DNA of 64,000 nucleotides from an uncultured Actinomycetes bacterium (GTDB lineage: Bacteria; Actinomycetota; Thermoleophilia; UBA2241), in assembly GCA_963845355.1 (NCBI GenBank), contig CAWJRV010000041.1, positions 9,235-73,234 on the forward strand, read 5' to 3'. A program made the position numbers and the translations under genes. Positions 25,576 through 34,021 of this stretch are shown here, piece by piece. Under the pieces are notes generated by a model, which worked only from the letters and a program-made list of their open reading frames with translations, had not been told where the DNA came from and searched no databases. Numbering within the stretch: position 1 is the stretch's first letter; each line of letters starts with the position of its first letter.

Positions 25576-25715
25576 GTACCGCTGCGGGGATGCCGCCGAC
25601 GCGTGACCATGGTGACATCTGCGCAGAAATGCCGCCGCCTGCACGTGACCCGGGTGACATCTGGTCGCGGCCCGGCGCGGCGACCGGCGCGGCGGCCGGC
25701 TCCATCCTGACGATG

Positions 25716-25724
25716 TGCTAGTGT
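25716..25724 (+). promoter_or_regulatory. extended -10 element TGcTAGTGT, 6 nt upstream of the recQ ATG (leaderless-type arrangement)
   Basis: ATGTGCTAGTGT followed by CGTTTC and then ATG 25731. There is no SD. Confidence 0.4.
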
Positions 25725-25730
25725 CGTTTC

Positions 25731-27791
25731 ATGTCGTCTGATCCCCAGCCGCCTCTCGGCGTCGCCGCGGCTGCGCCCCCGGCCGTAACCTCAGTCGCGC
25801 CCTCACGGTCGCCAGCGGCTACCGACGCCACTGCTCCTTCACAGTCGCCGGTCGCCGGCGGCCCCGCTGCTCCCTCGCCGGCGGCTACCGACCCCGCTGC
25901 TCCCTCGCCGGCAGCCGCCGTGCTGCGCAGCGTCTTCGGCTTTCGCGAATTCCGGCCTCACCAGCGCGAGATCGTCGAGCACCTGATCGCGGGCGGCAGC
26001 GCCTTCGTGCTCATGCCGACCGGCGGCGGCAAGTCGCTCTGCTATCAGATCCCCGCCATCCTGCGACCCGGCGTCGCGATCGTCGTCTCGCCGCTCATCT
26101 CGCTCATGAAAGACCAGGTCGACGCGTTGCGAGCCGCCGGCGTACGCGCCGCCTACTACAACTCGTCCCTCGAGGCCACCGAAGCGCGCCGGGTGCTGGC
26201 CCAGCTCCACGGCGGCGAGCTCGATCTGCTGTACGCGGCGCCCGAGTGGCTCATGACCAGCGCCACCCTGGCGCGTTTGCACGAGATCGCCGGCGACTCT
26301 CAGGCGGGTGGCATCGCCCTGATCGCCATCGACGAGGCTCACTGCGTGTCGCAATGGGGGCACGACTTTCGCCCCGAGTACGTGCAGCTCGGGCAGTTGC
26401 GCGAGCTCTTTCCCGGCGTACCTGTCATGGCCTGCACCGCCACCGCCGATCCGCAGACACGCACCGACGTACAGGCGCGCCTGGGTCTCGCCGACGCCCC
26501 CGTCTTTATCACCGGGTTCGACCGGCCCAACATACGCTACACCGTGGTCGACAAGCGCCACCCGCTCGACCAGCTCCTGGCCCTGATCGCCCTGAACAAG
26601 GGCGAGTCCGGCATCGTCTACTGCCTCTCGCGCAAGCGCACCGAAGAGGTCGCCGCTCGGCTGACGGCGGCCGGTGTGCGCGCCGCCGCCTACCATGCCG
26701 GCCTCGCGCCCGCCGAGCGCGACCGCGTGCAGACCGCCTTCGCCCGCGACGAGGTCGACGTGGTCGTCGCCACGGTCGCCTTTGGCCTGGGCATCGACAA
26801 GCCCGACGTGCGCTTCGTCTGCCACTACGACCTGCCCAAGAACCTCGAAAGCTACTACCAGGAAACGGGGCGCGCCGGGCGCGACGGGCTGCCCGCCGAA
26901 GCCTTGCTGCTGTTCAGCCTCGCCGATGCCGCCGTGGCGCACTCGCTAATCGAACGCGGCGGCAATCCCGAACAGGTCCGCATCGAGCTGCACAAGCTCA
27001 ACGCCATGGTCGGCTTCGGCGAAGCCACCACCTGCCGGCGGCGGGTGCTGCTCGGCTACCTCGGCGAGCCGCTCGCCCACGACTGCGGCAACTGCGACGT
27101 GTGCCTCGAGCCGCCCGACACCTACGACGCCACCGAGCACGCCCGCATGGCGCTGTCGTGCGTCTACCGGCTGCGTCAGGGCTTCGGCATCGGTTACGTC
27201 GTCGACGTCCTGCGCGGCAGCGGCAGCGAGAAGGTGTTCGCCCGCGGACACGATCGGTTGAGCACCTACGGCATCGGCGCCGACCTGAGCAAGGACGCCT
27301 GGCAGCAGCTCATCCGCCAGCTCATCCACCGCGGCTACCTCGAACAGGACATCGCCCGCTACTCGGTGCTGCGCCTCACGCCGGCCGCCATGGCGCTGCT
27401 GCGCGGCGACGAGACCCTGGTGCTCGCCCGACCAAGGGTCAAGCTGCCCCGCGAAGCGCGCCGGCGCGCGAACCGCACAAAGGCCGGGGCCGCGGCCAGC
27501 GGCACCCTCGTCGACGTGCCCGTCGAGCTGCGCGAGCCGTCGGCTGCCGAGGAGCGCCTCTTTGCCCACCTGCGCGCCCTGCGCAAGGAGTTGGCCGACC
27601 GCCAGGGCGTGCCGGCGTACATCGTCTTCGGCGACGCCACGCTGCGAGAGATGGCCGCTCGGCGGCCCGGCACAGACGACGAGCTGCTCGCCGTGAACGG
27701 CATCGGAGAGGCCAAGCTCAAGCACTACGGCACAGCCTTCCTCGACGCCATCGACGCCTTCAGCCGAACCGAGGAGCTCGACACGCCGTAG
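25731..27791 (+). CDS. recQ: ATP-dependent DNA helicase RecQ with Ala/Pro-rich N-terminal extension
   Basis: 686 aa. Contains MPTGGGKSLCYQIPA, DEAHCVSQWGHDFRPEY, TATA, the zinc-binding/RQC region (CRRRVLLGYLGE..CGNCDVC) and a C-terminal HRDC (PAYIVFGDATLREMA). Confidence 0.95.
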   Translation: MSSDPQPPLGVAAAAPPAVTSVAPSRSPAATDATAPSQSPVAGGPAAPSPAATDPAAPSPAAAVLRSVFGFREFRPHQREIVEHLIAGGSAFVLMPTGGGKSLCYQIPAILRPGVAIVVSPLISLMKDQVDALRAAGVRAAYYNSSLEATEARRVLAQLHGGELDLLYAAPEWLMTSATLARLHEIAGDSQAGGIALIAIDEAHCVSQWGHDFRPEYVQLGQLRELFPGVPVMACTATADPQTRTDVQARLGLADAPVFITGFDRPNIRYTVVDKRHPLDQLLALIALNKGESGIVYCLSRKRTEEVAARLTAAGVRAAAYHAGLAPAERDRVQTAFARDEVDVVVATVAFGLGIDKPDVRFVCHYDLPKNLESYYQETGRAGRDGLPAEALLLFSLADAAVAHSLIERGGNPEQVRIELHKLNAMVGFGEATTCRRRVLLGYLGEPLAHDCGNCDVCLEPPDTYDATEHARMALSCVYRLRQGFGIGYVVDVLRGSGSEKVFARGHDRLSTYGIGADLSKDAWQQLIRQLIHRGYLEQDIARYSVLRLTPAAMALLRGDETLVLARPRVKLPREARRRANRTKAGAAASGTLVDVPVELREPSAAEERLFAHLRALRKELADRQGVPAYIVFGDATLREMAARRPGTDDELLAVNGIGEAKLKHYGTAFLDAIDAFSRTEELDTP

Positions 27792-27888
27792 CGCGAGATG
27801 CCGCGGCGCGACCGGGCCTTGCCACGACCAATCTGATACGTTTGGCCATGTGCGCGCGTTCGCGCAGCGCCGAGCGGCGGGAGGGGGC

Positions 27889-28014
27889 ATGGACGAGCTT
27901 ACCGGCATTGTCGTGACCGCCAGATCGAGCGGGCCGTTGATCACGTTCCTCGTCACGGCAGTGATCGCGGTCGTGCTGATCGTGATCGCGGTCGTGCTGC
28001 GGCGCCGATCATAG
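27889..28014 (+). CDS. possible 41-aa single-pass membrane peptide
   Basis: ATG after GGGAGGGGG encodes MDELTGIVVTARSSGPLITFLVTAVIAVVLIVIAVVLRRRS. It contains an 18-bp direct repeat, GTGATCGCGGTCGTGCTG x2. It is below the track size cut-off. Confidence 0.3.
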   Translation: MDELTGIVVTARSSGPLITFLVTAVIAVVLIVIAVVLRRRS

Positions 28015-28042
28015 GACAACCACCTACGGCGGAGGGACGACC

Positions 28043-28858
28043 GTGAAGGTCTTCATCAGCATCGACCTCGAAGGGATCAGCGGAGTCTGCCGGCTCGACC
28101 AGATCGAGCACGGCACAAGCGAATGGCAGGACGCGCGCCGGCTCATGCGAGGCGACCTCGACGCCGTCGTCGGGGGCTGTCTCGAAGGCGGCGCCGACGA
28201 GATCGTCATCTGCGACGCTCACGACCATGGCGACAACCTCGACGTCACAGGGTTACCGGCCGGAGTCTCGCTTCTGAGCGGCGGCGGCACGGAGCTGAGC
28301 ATGATGTCGGGCGTCGATGCCGGCGTCGATGCCGCCTTCATGGTCGGCTATCACGCGCGCGCCGGCACAGCGCAGGCGACTCTCGCCCACACCTACCTGT
28401 TCGCCATCACGAACGCCGTGGTGTGCGGCGGGCCGCAGGGTGAGCTCGCCGTCGGCGAGCTCGGGCTGAACGCGGCGGTCGCCGGAGCCTTCGGCGTGCC
28501 TCTCGCTTTCGCCTCGGGCGACGACAAGCTGGCCGCCGAGGCGCAGGCCCTGGTGCCCGGGCTCGAGACGGTCACGGTCAAGGACGGCTTGTCGTGGTCG
28601 GCGGCCCGGCAGCTCGCACCCGATGCGGCGCAGGCCGCGCTGCGCGCCGGAGCGCGCCGGGCGCTCTCCGGGCCGCTGCCGACTCCGCTCGACTGGGACG
28701 GCCGCTCGCTGCGGCTGAGCTTCGGTCGCCCGGACTGGTGCGATCAGGCCGCGGGCTGCCCGGGAGTGACGCGACTCGACGGCCTGACGATCGAGATCCC
28801 CGCCGCCGGCTGGCTCTCGGTCTTCGCCTCGTTCATCGCCTGCACGAACCTCATCTAG
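28043..28858 (+). CDS. M55 family D-aminopeptidase (DppA-like)
   Basis: 271 aa. N-terminal MKVFISIDLEGISGV, and CDAHDHG. Confidence 0.85.
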   Translation: MKVFISIDLEGISGVCRLDQIEHGTSEWQDARRLMRGDLDAVVGGCLEGGADEIVICDAHDHGDNLDVTGLPAGVSLLSGGGTELSMMSGVDAGVDAAFMVGYHARAGTAQATLAHTYLFAITNAVVCGGPQGELAVGELGLNAAVAGAFGVPLAFASGDDKLAAEAQALVPGLETVTVKDGLSWSAARQLAPDAAQAALRAGARRALSGPLPTPLDWDGRSLRLSFGRPDWCDQAAGCPGVTRLDGLTIEIPAAGWLSVFASFIACTNLI

Positions 28859-28920
28859 AGATTCTGGGCGCCCCCGGCGGGCGGTACCGTGTCGACGAGC
28901 CGCTCGCGGCGGGCGGCGCC

Positions 28921-29760
28921 TTATCCGACGAGTCGCCCGCTCGACTCCTCGGCGTCGGGCTCATGGTTGCGCGACAGGTCGTGGGCGTCGTGGCGTGCGG
29001 TCAGCTCGCGCAGGGTCGCGGCGTCGCGCACCGCCGCGCCGCCGACCCCGTTGTCGAAGTAGGCGCGCACGTCGAACTCGTCGGCCGCCCACGAGCGGCA
29101 GGCATTGGCCCAGCGCTGCAGCTCCTCGTCGCCGCCAAAGGCGCCGGTGGGCGGGCGAGCGGGCCCCTGCAGGCGCAGATACACGAACGGCGCGGTGACG
29201 ACGCGCGGCGTCTCGCGGTCGCCCAGGCGGTAGATGCAGAAGGCGATCTCATGGTCGGCCAGCAGATCGTAGATGCGATCGCGAAGCCAGCTCTCATCGC
29301 GAAACTCGAAGGCATAGGACAGGTCGCGCGGCAGCTTGTCGAGAAAGTTGCGCAGCAGGCCGGTGTCGCGGGGAAGGCCGTCGGGAAGCGTGAACACGAT
29401 CGGGCCGAGCGCCCGCTCCAGGCCGCGCACGCGGTCCAGGAACGCGGCCAGAGTCGCTTCGCTGCGGCGCAGGCGCTTCAGGTGGGTGATCTCGCACGGC
29501 GCCTTGACGGCGAACGTGAAGCCCGGTGGCACCGTGTCGCGCCAGCGTTCGATGGTGGCCGCTTCGGGCAGCGAGGAGAAGGTGCGGTCGATCTCGACCG
29601 TGTCGAAGCGAGCGGCGTAGTAGGCCAGCGTGCCGTTGCCGGCAAGACGCTCCGGGTAGAACGACCCGCGCCAGCGCCGGTACGACCAGCCGGAGGTTCC
29701 CACGAAGATCCTGCCGGTCGCCGTCTGAGGCCCGCCGGCGTTCAAGGGTTCGAATGCCAT
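28921..29760 (-). CDS. DUF72 domain-containing protein
   Basis: ATG 29760 (MAFEPLNAG...IFVGTSGWSYRRWRGSFYPE, YAARFDTVEIDRTF). It is the C-terminal 279 aa of the artefactual 1003-aa track ORF 28921..31932. Confidence 0.85.
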   Translation of the reverse strand: MAFEPLNAGGPQTATGRIFVGTSGWSYRRWRGSFYPERLAGNGTLAYYAARFDTVEIDRTFSSLPEAATIERWRDTVPPGFTFAVKAPCEITHLKRLRRSEATLAAFLDRVRGLERALGPIVFTLPDGLPRDTGLLRNFLDKLPRDLSYAFEFRDESWLRDRIYDLLADHEIAFCIYRLGDRETPRVVTAPFVYLRLQGPARPPTGAFGGDEELQRWANACRSWAADEFDVRAYFDNGVGGAAVRDAATLRELTARHDAHDLSRNHEPDAEESSGRLVG

Positions 29761-29822
29761 GCCCCCCTTGTTCCCTGCAGCGCGCGGAACCCTTCGCCCG
29801 ATCGCCAAGTACTTTGCGCCGT

Positions 29823-31202
29823 CTAACGACCGATCAGGCGAGCGGTGAGGTCGGCGCGTTTCGACGGCCGGCCGGTGCGCGCCTCGTAGCGGTCGGCGCT
29901 GCCCATCATCTGCAACGTCAGGTTCACTCCCAGCCAGCGCAGCGGCTCGGGTTCCCAGCGCCGCGAGACGTGACCGACCCACGGCAGACGGGCCAGACCG
30001 TGGTCGGCGCCGGCGATGAGCTCGGCCAGCGTGCGGCCGGCCAGGTTGGTCGTCGCCACCCCGTCGCCGACGTAGCCGCCGGCCCAGGCCATACCCGCCT
30101 GCCTGTCGTAGCCGACCGAGGTGAACCAGTCGCGCGGCACGCCCAGGCAGCCGCCCCAGGTGTGGGTGATGCGAGCGCCGCCGAGGGCTGGAAACAGGGC
30201 CTTGAGCACTGTGTGCAGCTCGCCGAAGACCTCGGGGGCGCGGTCGTACTCGTCGCTCACCTTCGAACCGAAGTGATACGGGGCGCCGCGGCCGCCGAGC
30301 GCGATGCGGTCGTCGGCGGTGCGCATGCAGTAGATCAGCAGGTAACGCTCGTCGCCGAAGACCTCGCGACCCGCCCAGCCGACCTCGTCCCAGAACGATT
30401 GCGGCAGCGGCTCGGTGGCGATCATCACCGAGTACAGCGGCACCCGGTCGCGTGAGTGGCCCGGCAACGTGACGACGTAGCCTTCGAGCGCGTTCACGAC
30501 GATGCCGGCCGTGACCGAGCCGCCCGGCGTGGGCACCTCGCCGGCCTGGAGCGCCAGCGCCGGGGTCTGTTCGTAGATGGTCACGCCCATCTTCTCGACG
30601 GTCTCGGCCAGACCGCGCGCCAGACGCGCCGGGTCGACCGAGGCACAGTGCGGTGAGTACATCGCCCCCAGGCAGCCGTCGACCAAGATGTGCTGCGCGG
30701 TCTCGGCAGCGCCGAGATAGGCGTAGTCTTCGGGCCCAAAACCCCACTCGCGCTCGCTGTCGATCTCGTCCTGCAGGCGCCCGAGCTGAGCCGGTGAGGT
30801 CGCCAGAGTGAGCACGCCGCCCTTGTGGTAGCGTCCGTCGATGCCTTCGTCTGCGATCACGCGGCCGACCTCGTCGACGGTCACGAACATGGCGCGCTGC
30901 ATGGCGATCGCGGCGTCGCGACCGAACTCGGCGGCGATCGTGCCGGGCGAGGCGGCAAAGAAGCTCGAACACCAGCCGCCGTTGCGTCCCGAGGCGCCAA
31001 ACCCGACGATCTCCTTTTCGAGGATGGCGATACGCAGCGAGGGGTCGGCCTTCTTCAGGTAGTAGGCCGTCCAGAGGCCTGTGTAGCCGCCGCCGAGGAT
31101 GGCCACGTCGACCTCGGCGGAGCCGCTCAAGGCGGGACGCGGCGAGAGCTCGCCGGGCACACCGTCGAGCCACATGCTGAACGAGCGATAGTCCTTGCTC
31201 AC
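29823..31202 (-). CDS. FAD-dependent oxidoreductase (DAO family, gamma-glutamylputrescine-oxidase-like)
   Basis: 459 aa with the dinucleotide motif VAILGGGYTGLWTAYYL. ATGA-type overlap with the upstream HEAT-repeat gene. Confidence 0.85.
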   Translation of the reverse strand: MSKDYRSFSMWLDGVPGELSPRPALSGSAEVDVAILGGGYTGLWTAYYLKKADPSLRIAILEKEIVGFGASGRNGGWCSSFFAASPGTIAAEFGRDAAIAMQRAMFVTVDEVGRVIADEGIDGRYHKGGVLTLATSPAQLGRLQDEIDSEREWGFGPEDYAYLGAAETAQHILVDGCLGAMYSPHCASVDPARLARGLAETVEKMGVTIYEQTPALALQAGEVPTPGGSVTAGIVVNALEGYVVTLPGHSRDRVPLYSVMIATEPLPQSFWDEVGWAGREVFGDERYLLIYCMRTADDRIALGGRGAPYHFGSKVSDEYDRAPEVFGELHTVLKALFPALGGARITHTWGGCLGVPRDWFTSVGYDRQAGMAWAGGYVGDGVATTNLAGRTLAELIAGADHGLARLPWVGHVSRRWEPEPLRWLGVNLTLQMMGSADRYEARTGRPSKRADLTARLIGR

Positions 31203-31699
31203 GGCGTCTCCACCCCCCGTTTCTTGAGCGCCTTGATGGCCGCCACGCGAACCGCTTCGTCTCTGTCGCGCAAGGCCTTCGTGATGAGCTCCACCGCTTG
31301 CGGGCCGTCGATCTTGGCGAGCGAGCGCACGGCCAGCAGGCGCACGCCCGAGTCGCGGTCGCGAAGCCCGTCGCTGAGCGCCGGCAGCCCGGTCGGCAAG
31401 CCGACCTCGCCCAGAACGTGGACCGCGTCCTGGCGTTTGCCGGTGTCGCCATGATCGACCACGTCGGCGAGGAACGGCACCGCTGGCTGACCGATCTGCC
31501 GGAAGGCGTCGCGAGCGAGCACCATGTGGCGCGTGTTCTTGGACTGGAAGGTGTCGAGCAGGACAGGCATGCGGCGCTCCAGCGCCAAGCGGGCCTGTTC
31601 GGCGAGCTCGGGGTCCTTTTTGTACTTGCTCGCCCGCAGCAGGCCTTCGACCTGGTTGTGGGCGTCGAGCCTCTCGACATTGGGTCGTCCGATGGGCAT
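31199..31699 (-). CDS. HEAT-repeat protein
   Basis: 166 aa with repeated ...D-x-VR-x-AA-x-ALG/K helical hairpins (DSGVRLLAVRSLAKI, DEAVRVAAIKALKK). Confidence 0.7.
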   Translation of the reverse strand: MPIGRPNVERLDAHNQVEGLLRASKYKKDPELAEQARLALERRMPVLLDTFQSKNTRHMVLARDAFRQIGQPAVPFLADVVDHGDTGKRQDAVHVLGEVGLPTGLPALSDGLRDRDSGVRLLAVRSLAKIDGPQAVELITKALRDRDEAVRVAAIKALKKRGVETP

Positions 31700-31860
31700 G
31701 AGACCGCTCGCCTTTCGGGTCGGTTGCGGCGACGCACGTGGCTCGCCTCTCCTTGTGATTCTACAGCCAGACCGCGCCGACCGCGCGTAGCGCCTCCGAC
31801 CACTCGCCCGGCGTCACGCCGCAACGATCCCGGCCACTCGCCCGGCGCCACGCCGCGGCG

Positions 31861-31866
31861 TACAGT
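31861..31866 (+). promoter_or_regulatory. -10-like TACAGT, 6 nt upstream of the radical SAM ATG (leaderless-type arrangement)
   Basis: TACAGT-GACGGC-ATG 31873 with no SD. It is preceded by two 23-bp direct repeats at 31800 and 31834. Confidence 0.3.
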
Positions 31867-31872
31867 GACGGC

Positions 31873-32856
31873 ATGCGACTCGAGGCCATCCACCTGCTGA
31901 CGACATACCGCTGCACCTACGCCTGCGACCACTGCTTCGTCTGGGGCAGTCCCGAGCAGGAGGGCACGATGACCCTCGCTCAGCTACAGACAGTCATCGA
32001 CCAGGCCGCGGCCGCCGACTGCGCCATGGTCTACTTCGAGGGCGGCGAACCCCTGCTGGCCTACCCGGTCGTGCTGGCCGCCGCCCGCCACGCGCGCGCC
32101 GCGGGTCTCGACGTCGGCGTGGTGACCAACTGCTTCTGGGCGGAGTCGATCGACGACGCCCTGGTCTGGCTCGCGCCGCTCGCCGAGATCGGCGTCGCCG
32201 ACTTCGCGCTGTCGTCCTATGCCTACTTCACGGAGTCGCTCGCCGACGAGACCCACCTGCGCAACGCCGTGATCGCCGCCCGTGAGCTCGACCTGCCGAT
32301 GTCGATCCTCGAAGTCGGCGCGCCGGCCGCGGTGGCCGACCTCGGCGTCGCCTGCGGGGCGCCCGGCGAGATCATGTTCAAGGGGCGGGCGGCGCAGGCG
32401 CTCGCCTGCGGCGAGCGCCTGCGCCGCCCGCCGGACACGCTCACGTCGTGTCCCTACGAGGACTTCGCCGACCCCGGGCGCGCCCACGTCGGCCCCGACG
32501 GCAACCTCCAGCTCTGTCAGGGCATCAGCGCAGGCAACGTCTTCGAGCGCCCGCTCGCCAAGCTCAGCGCCACATACAACCCGCAAGCTCTGCCGGTCGT
32601 GCGCGAGATCCTTGCAGGCGGACCCTGGGAGCTCGCTCAGCGCAGCGGCCTGACTCCCCGCCGGAAGCTCTACGCCGACGAGTGCCACCTCTGCTACGAG
32701 ATGCGCGGTCGCCTGCGCGCGGCGGGTCGCCATCTCGAGGTACTCGCCCCCGACGAGTGCTACGGCGTCGATGTCGGCGGCGGTGACGACGGCCTGGGCG
32801 GGGGCGACGGCGGCCTGGACGGCGGAGACGACGCGACGGCCTGGACGACGACCTGA
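31873..32856 (+). CDS. radical SAM protein with SPASM/twitch-like C-terminal Cys motifs
   Basis: CTYACDHC (Cx3Cx2C) at residues 14-21, and YFEGGEPLL. C-terminal CPYEDF...HVGPDGNLQLCQG...CHLC. Gly/Asp-rich low-complexity tail. Confidence 0.85.
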   Translation: MRLEAIHLLTTYRCTYACDHCFVWGSPEQEGTMTLAQLQTVIDQAAAADCAMVYFEGGEPLLAYPVVLAAARHARAAGLDVGVVTNCFWAESIDDALVWLAPLAEIGVADFALSSYAYFTESLADETHLRNAVIAARELDLPMSILEVGAPAAVADLGVACGAPGEIMFKGRAAQALACGERLRRPPDTLTSCPYEDFADPGRAHVGPDGNLQLCQGISAGNVFERPLAKLSATYNPQALPVVREILAGGPWELAQRSGLTPRRKLYADECHLCYEMRGRLRAAGRHLEVLAPDECYGVDVGGGDDGLGGGDGGLDGGDDATAWTTT

Positions 32857-32995
32857 GGGGCGGTGACTACGCCCTGGGCGGCGGTAACGACTGGAAGACG
32901 TGGGCGACCCCAGCGACGACTCGTGATACGTTCCGAAAGACGCTGATACGGCTCGTCTCGGTCGACGAGCAGCGGGACACACGAGGGAGGCGCGC

Positions 32996-33406
32996 ATGGC
33001 GACCCAACGGCAGACATTCTGGGAGCGGGGCAGCTTCGCGGTCGTGGGCCACACCGCCAGGCGCGCCTTTCCGAAGCTCACCTACAACGCCCTGAAGCGC
33101 TCAGGCAAGACCGTCTATGCCGTCGACCCATCGGTCGCCGAAGTCGAGGGTGACCCCACCTTCGCCGACCTGGGAGCGCTGCCCACGCCGGTCGACGCGG
33201 CTGTGCTGGAGCTTCCCAAGGAAGACACCGCGGCGTGGGTGGCCAGGGTCGCCGACACCGGCATCAAGGCGGTCTGGATCCACCAGCACACCGACACCCC
33301 CGAAGCCCTCGAGCTGGCGCGTCGGCGTGGTCTCGAGGTCTGCGCCGGCACATGCGCCGTCATGTACGTCACGCCCGGCCTGAGTGCCCACTCGCCGCAC
33401 CGCTGA
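32996..33406 (+). CDS. CoA-binding domain protein
   Basis: 136 aa. FAVVGHT..., KTVYAVDP, and VDAAVLELP...GIKAVWIHQ are typical of the YccU/YneT-like CoA-binding fold. Confidence 0.75.
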   Translation: MATQRQTFWERGSFAVVGHTARRAFPKLTYNALKRSGKTVYAVDPSVAEVEGDPTFADLGALPTPVDAAVLELPKEDTAAWVARVADTGIKAVWIHQHTDTPEALELARRRGLEVCAGTCAVMYVTPGLSAHSPHR

Positions 33407-33435
33407 ATCATGCGAGCGCTCGGCAAATACTGACG

Positions 33436-33868
33436 GTGCCGCCGTCCGACGAAGCGCCGCGACCCGCCGATGGCTGGGTGCCGCCCGCACCACCGCCTCC
33501 ACCGGGCGGCTGGGCGCCCCCGGGCGCCGGCGACCCGCAACCCTTCGCGGCGTCCTATGTCCCTCAGCCCGGGGAACTGGAGCGCCTTCATTTTCTCGTG
33601 GCTCTGGGGGCTCTTCAACGGCTCCTACGTCGCGCTGTGGGGACTGCTCCTGTGGTTCGTTCCGATGGGCGCGATCATCTGGGCGATCGTCTGCGGCGCG
33701 AGCGGCAACCGCTGGGCCTGGCAGGGCAAGACGTAGTCGAGCCTCGAGCAGTTCCGCGCCACGCAGCGAAAGTGGGCTTTCGCCGGCCTCGTCGTGGTCC
33801 TCGTGGCGATTGCCGCGCAGATCGTCCTCTTCGTGCTGCTCGCCAAAGGACGCTCGACGGGCGGGTAG
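33436..33868 (+). pseudogene. disrupted Pro-rich / DUF2628-like small membrane protein gene (one frameshift plus one in-frame TAG)
   Basis: Frame A encodes VPPSDEAPRPADGWVPPAPPPPPGGWAPPGAGDPQPFAASYVPQPG. Frame B continues NWSAFIFSWLWGLFNG...NRWAWQGKT-TAG-SSLEQFRATQRKWAFAGLVVVLVAIAAQIVLFVLLAKG. The shift lies in the CCCGGGG run near 33568-33574. High third-position GC persists past the TAG at 33734-33736. Confidence 0.45.
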
Positions 33869-34021
33869 GCGAAAGCGACACGGACGCGGCGCGGACGAGC
33901 GGCCCGCGCGACGCCGACGCGTGCGCAGCGCGCATGGCCGGCGTCTCATGAAGACAGCGGGGCGGAGAGCTCCGAAGAGCTGTCCGCCCCGCTGCACGAG
34001 CAGTGGGTCAGCAGCCTCCCG

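Noticed and set aside
25590-25663. An SOS (LexA) box upstream of recQ.
   Set aside because: The repeated GTGAC-containing motif matches none of the LexA consensus sequences I know. It is reported only as an unassigned repeat.
29741-29765. GGGTTCGAATGCC resembling a tRNA T-arm.
   Set aside because: The flanking bases do not form a T-stem, acceptor stem or anticodon arm. The segment is the 5' end of the DUF72 gene on the opposite strand.
28921-31932. 1003-aa ORF that would fuse DUF72 with upstream sequence.
   Set aside because: Only the last 279 aa (from ATG 29760) show DUF72 motifs. The upstream part is an out-of-frame read through the FAD-oxidoreductase and HEAT-repeat genes, which have their own well-supported frames.
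33734-33736. The in-frame TAG as pyrrolysine or programmed read-through.
   Set aside because: No pyl genes or methylamine methyltransferases are in the window. The same gene also carries a frameshift, so simple disruption or sequence error is more parsimonious.
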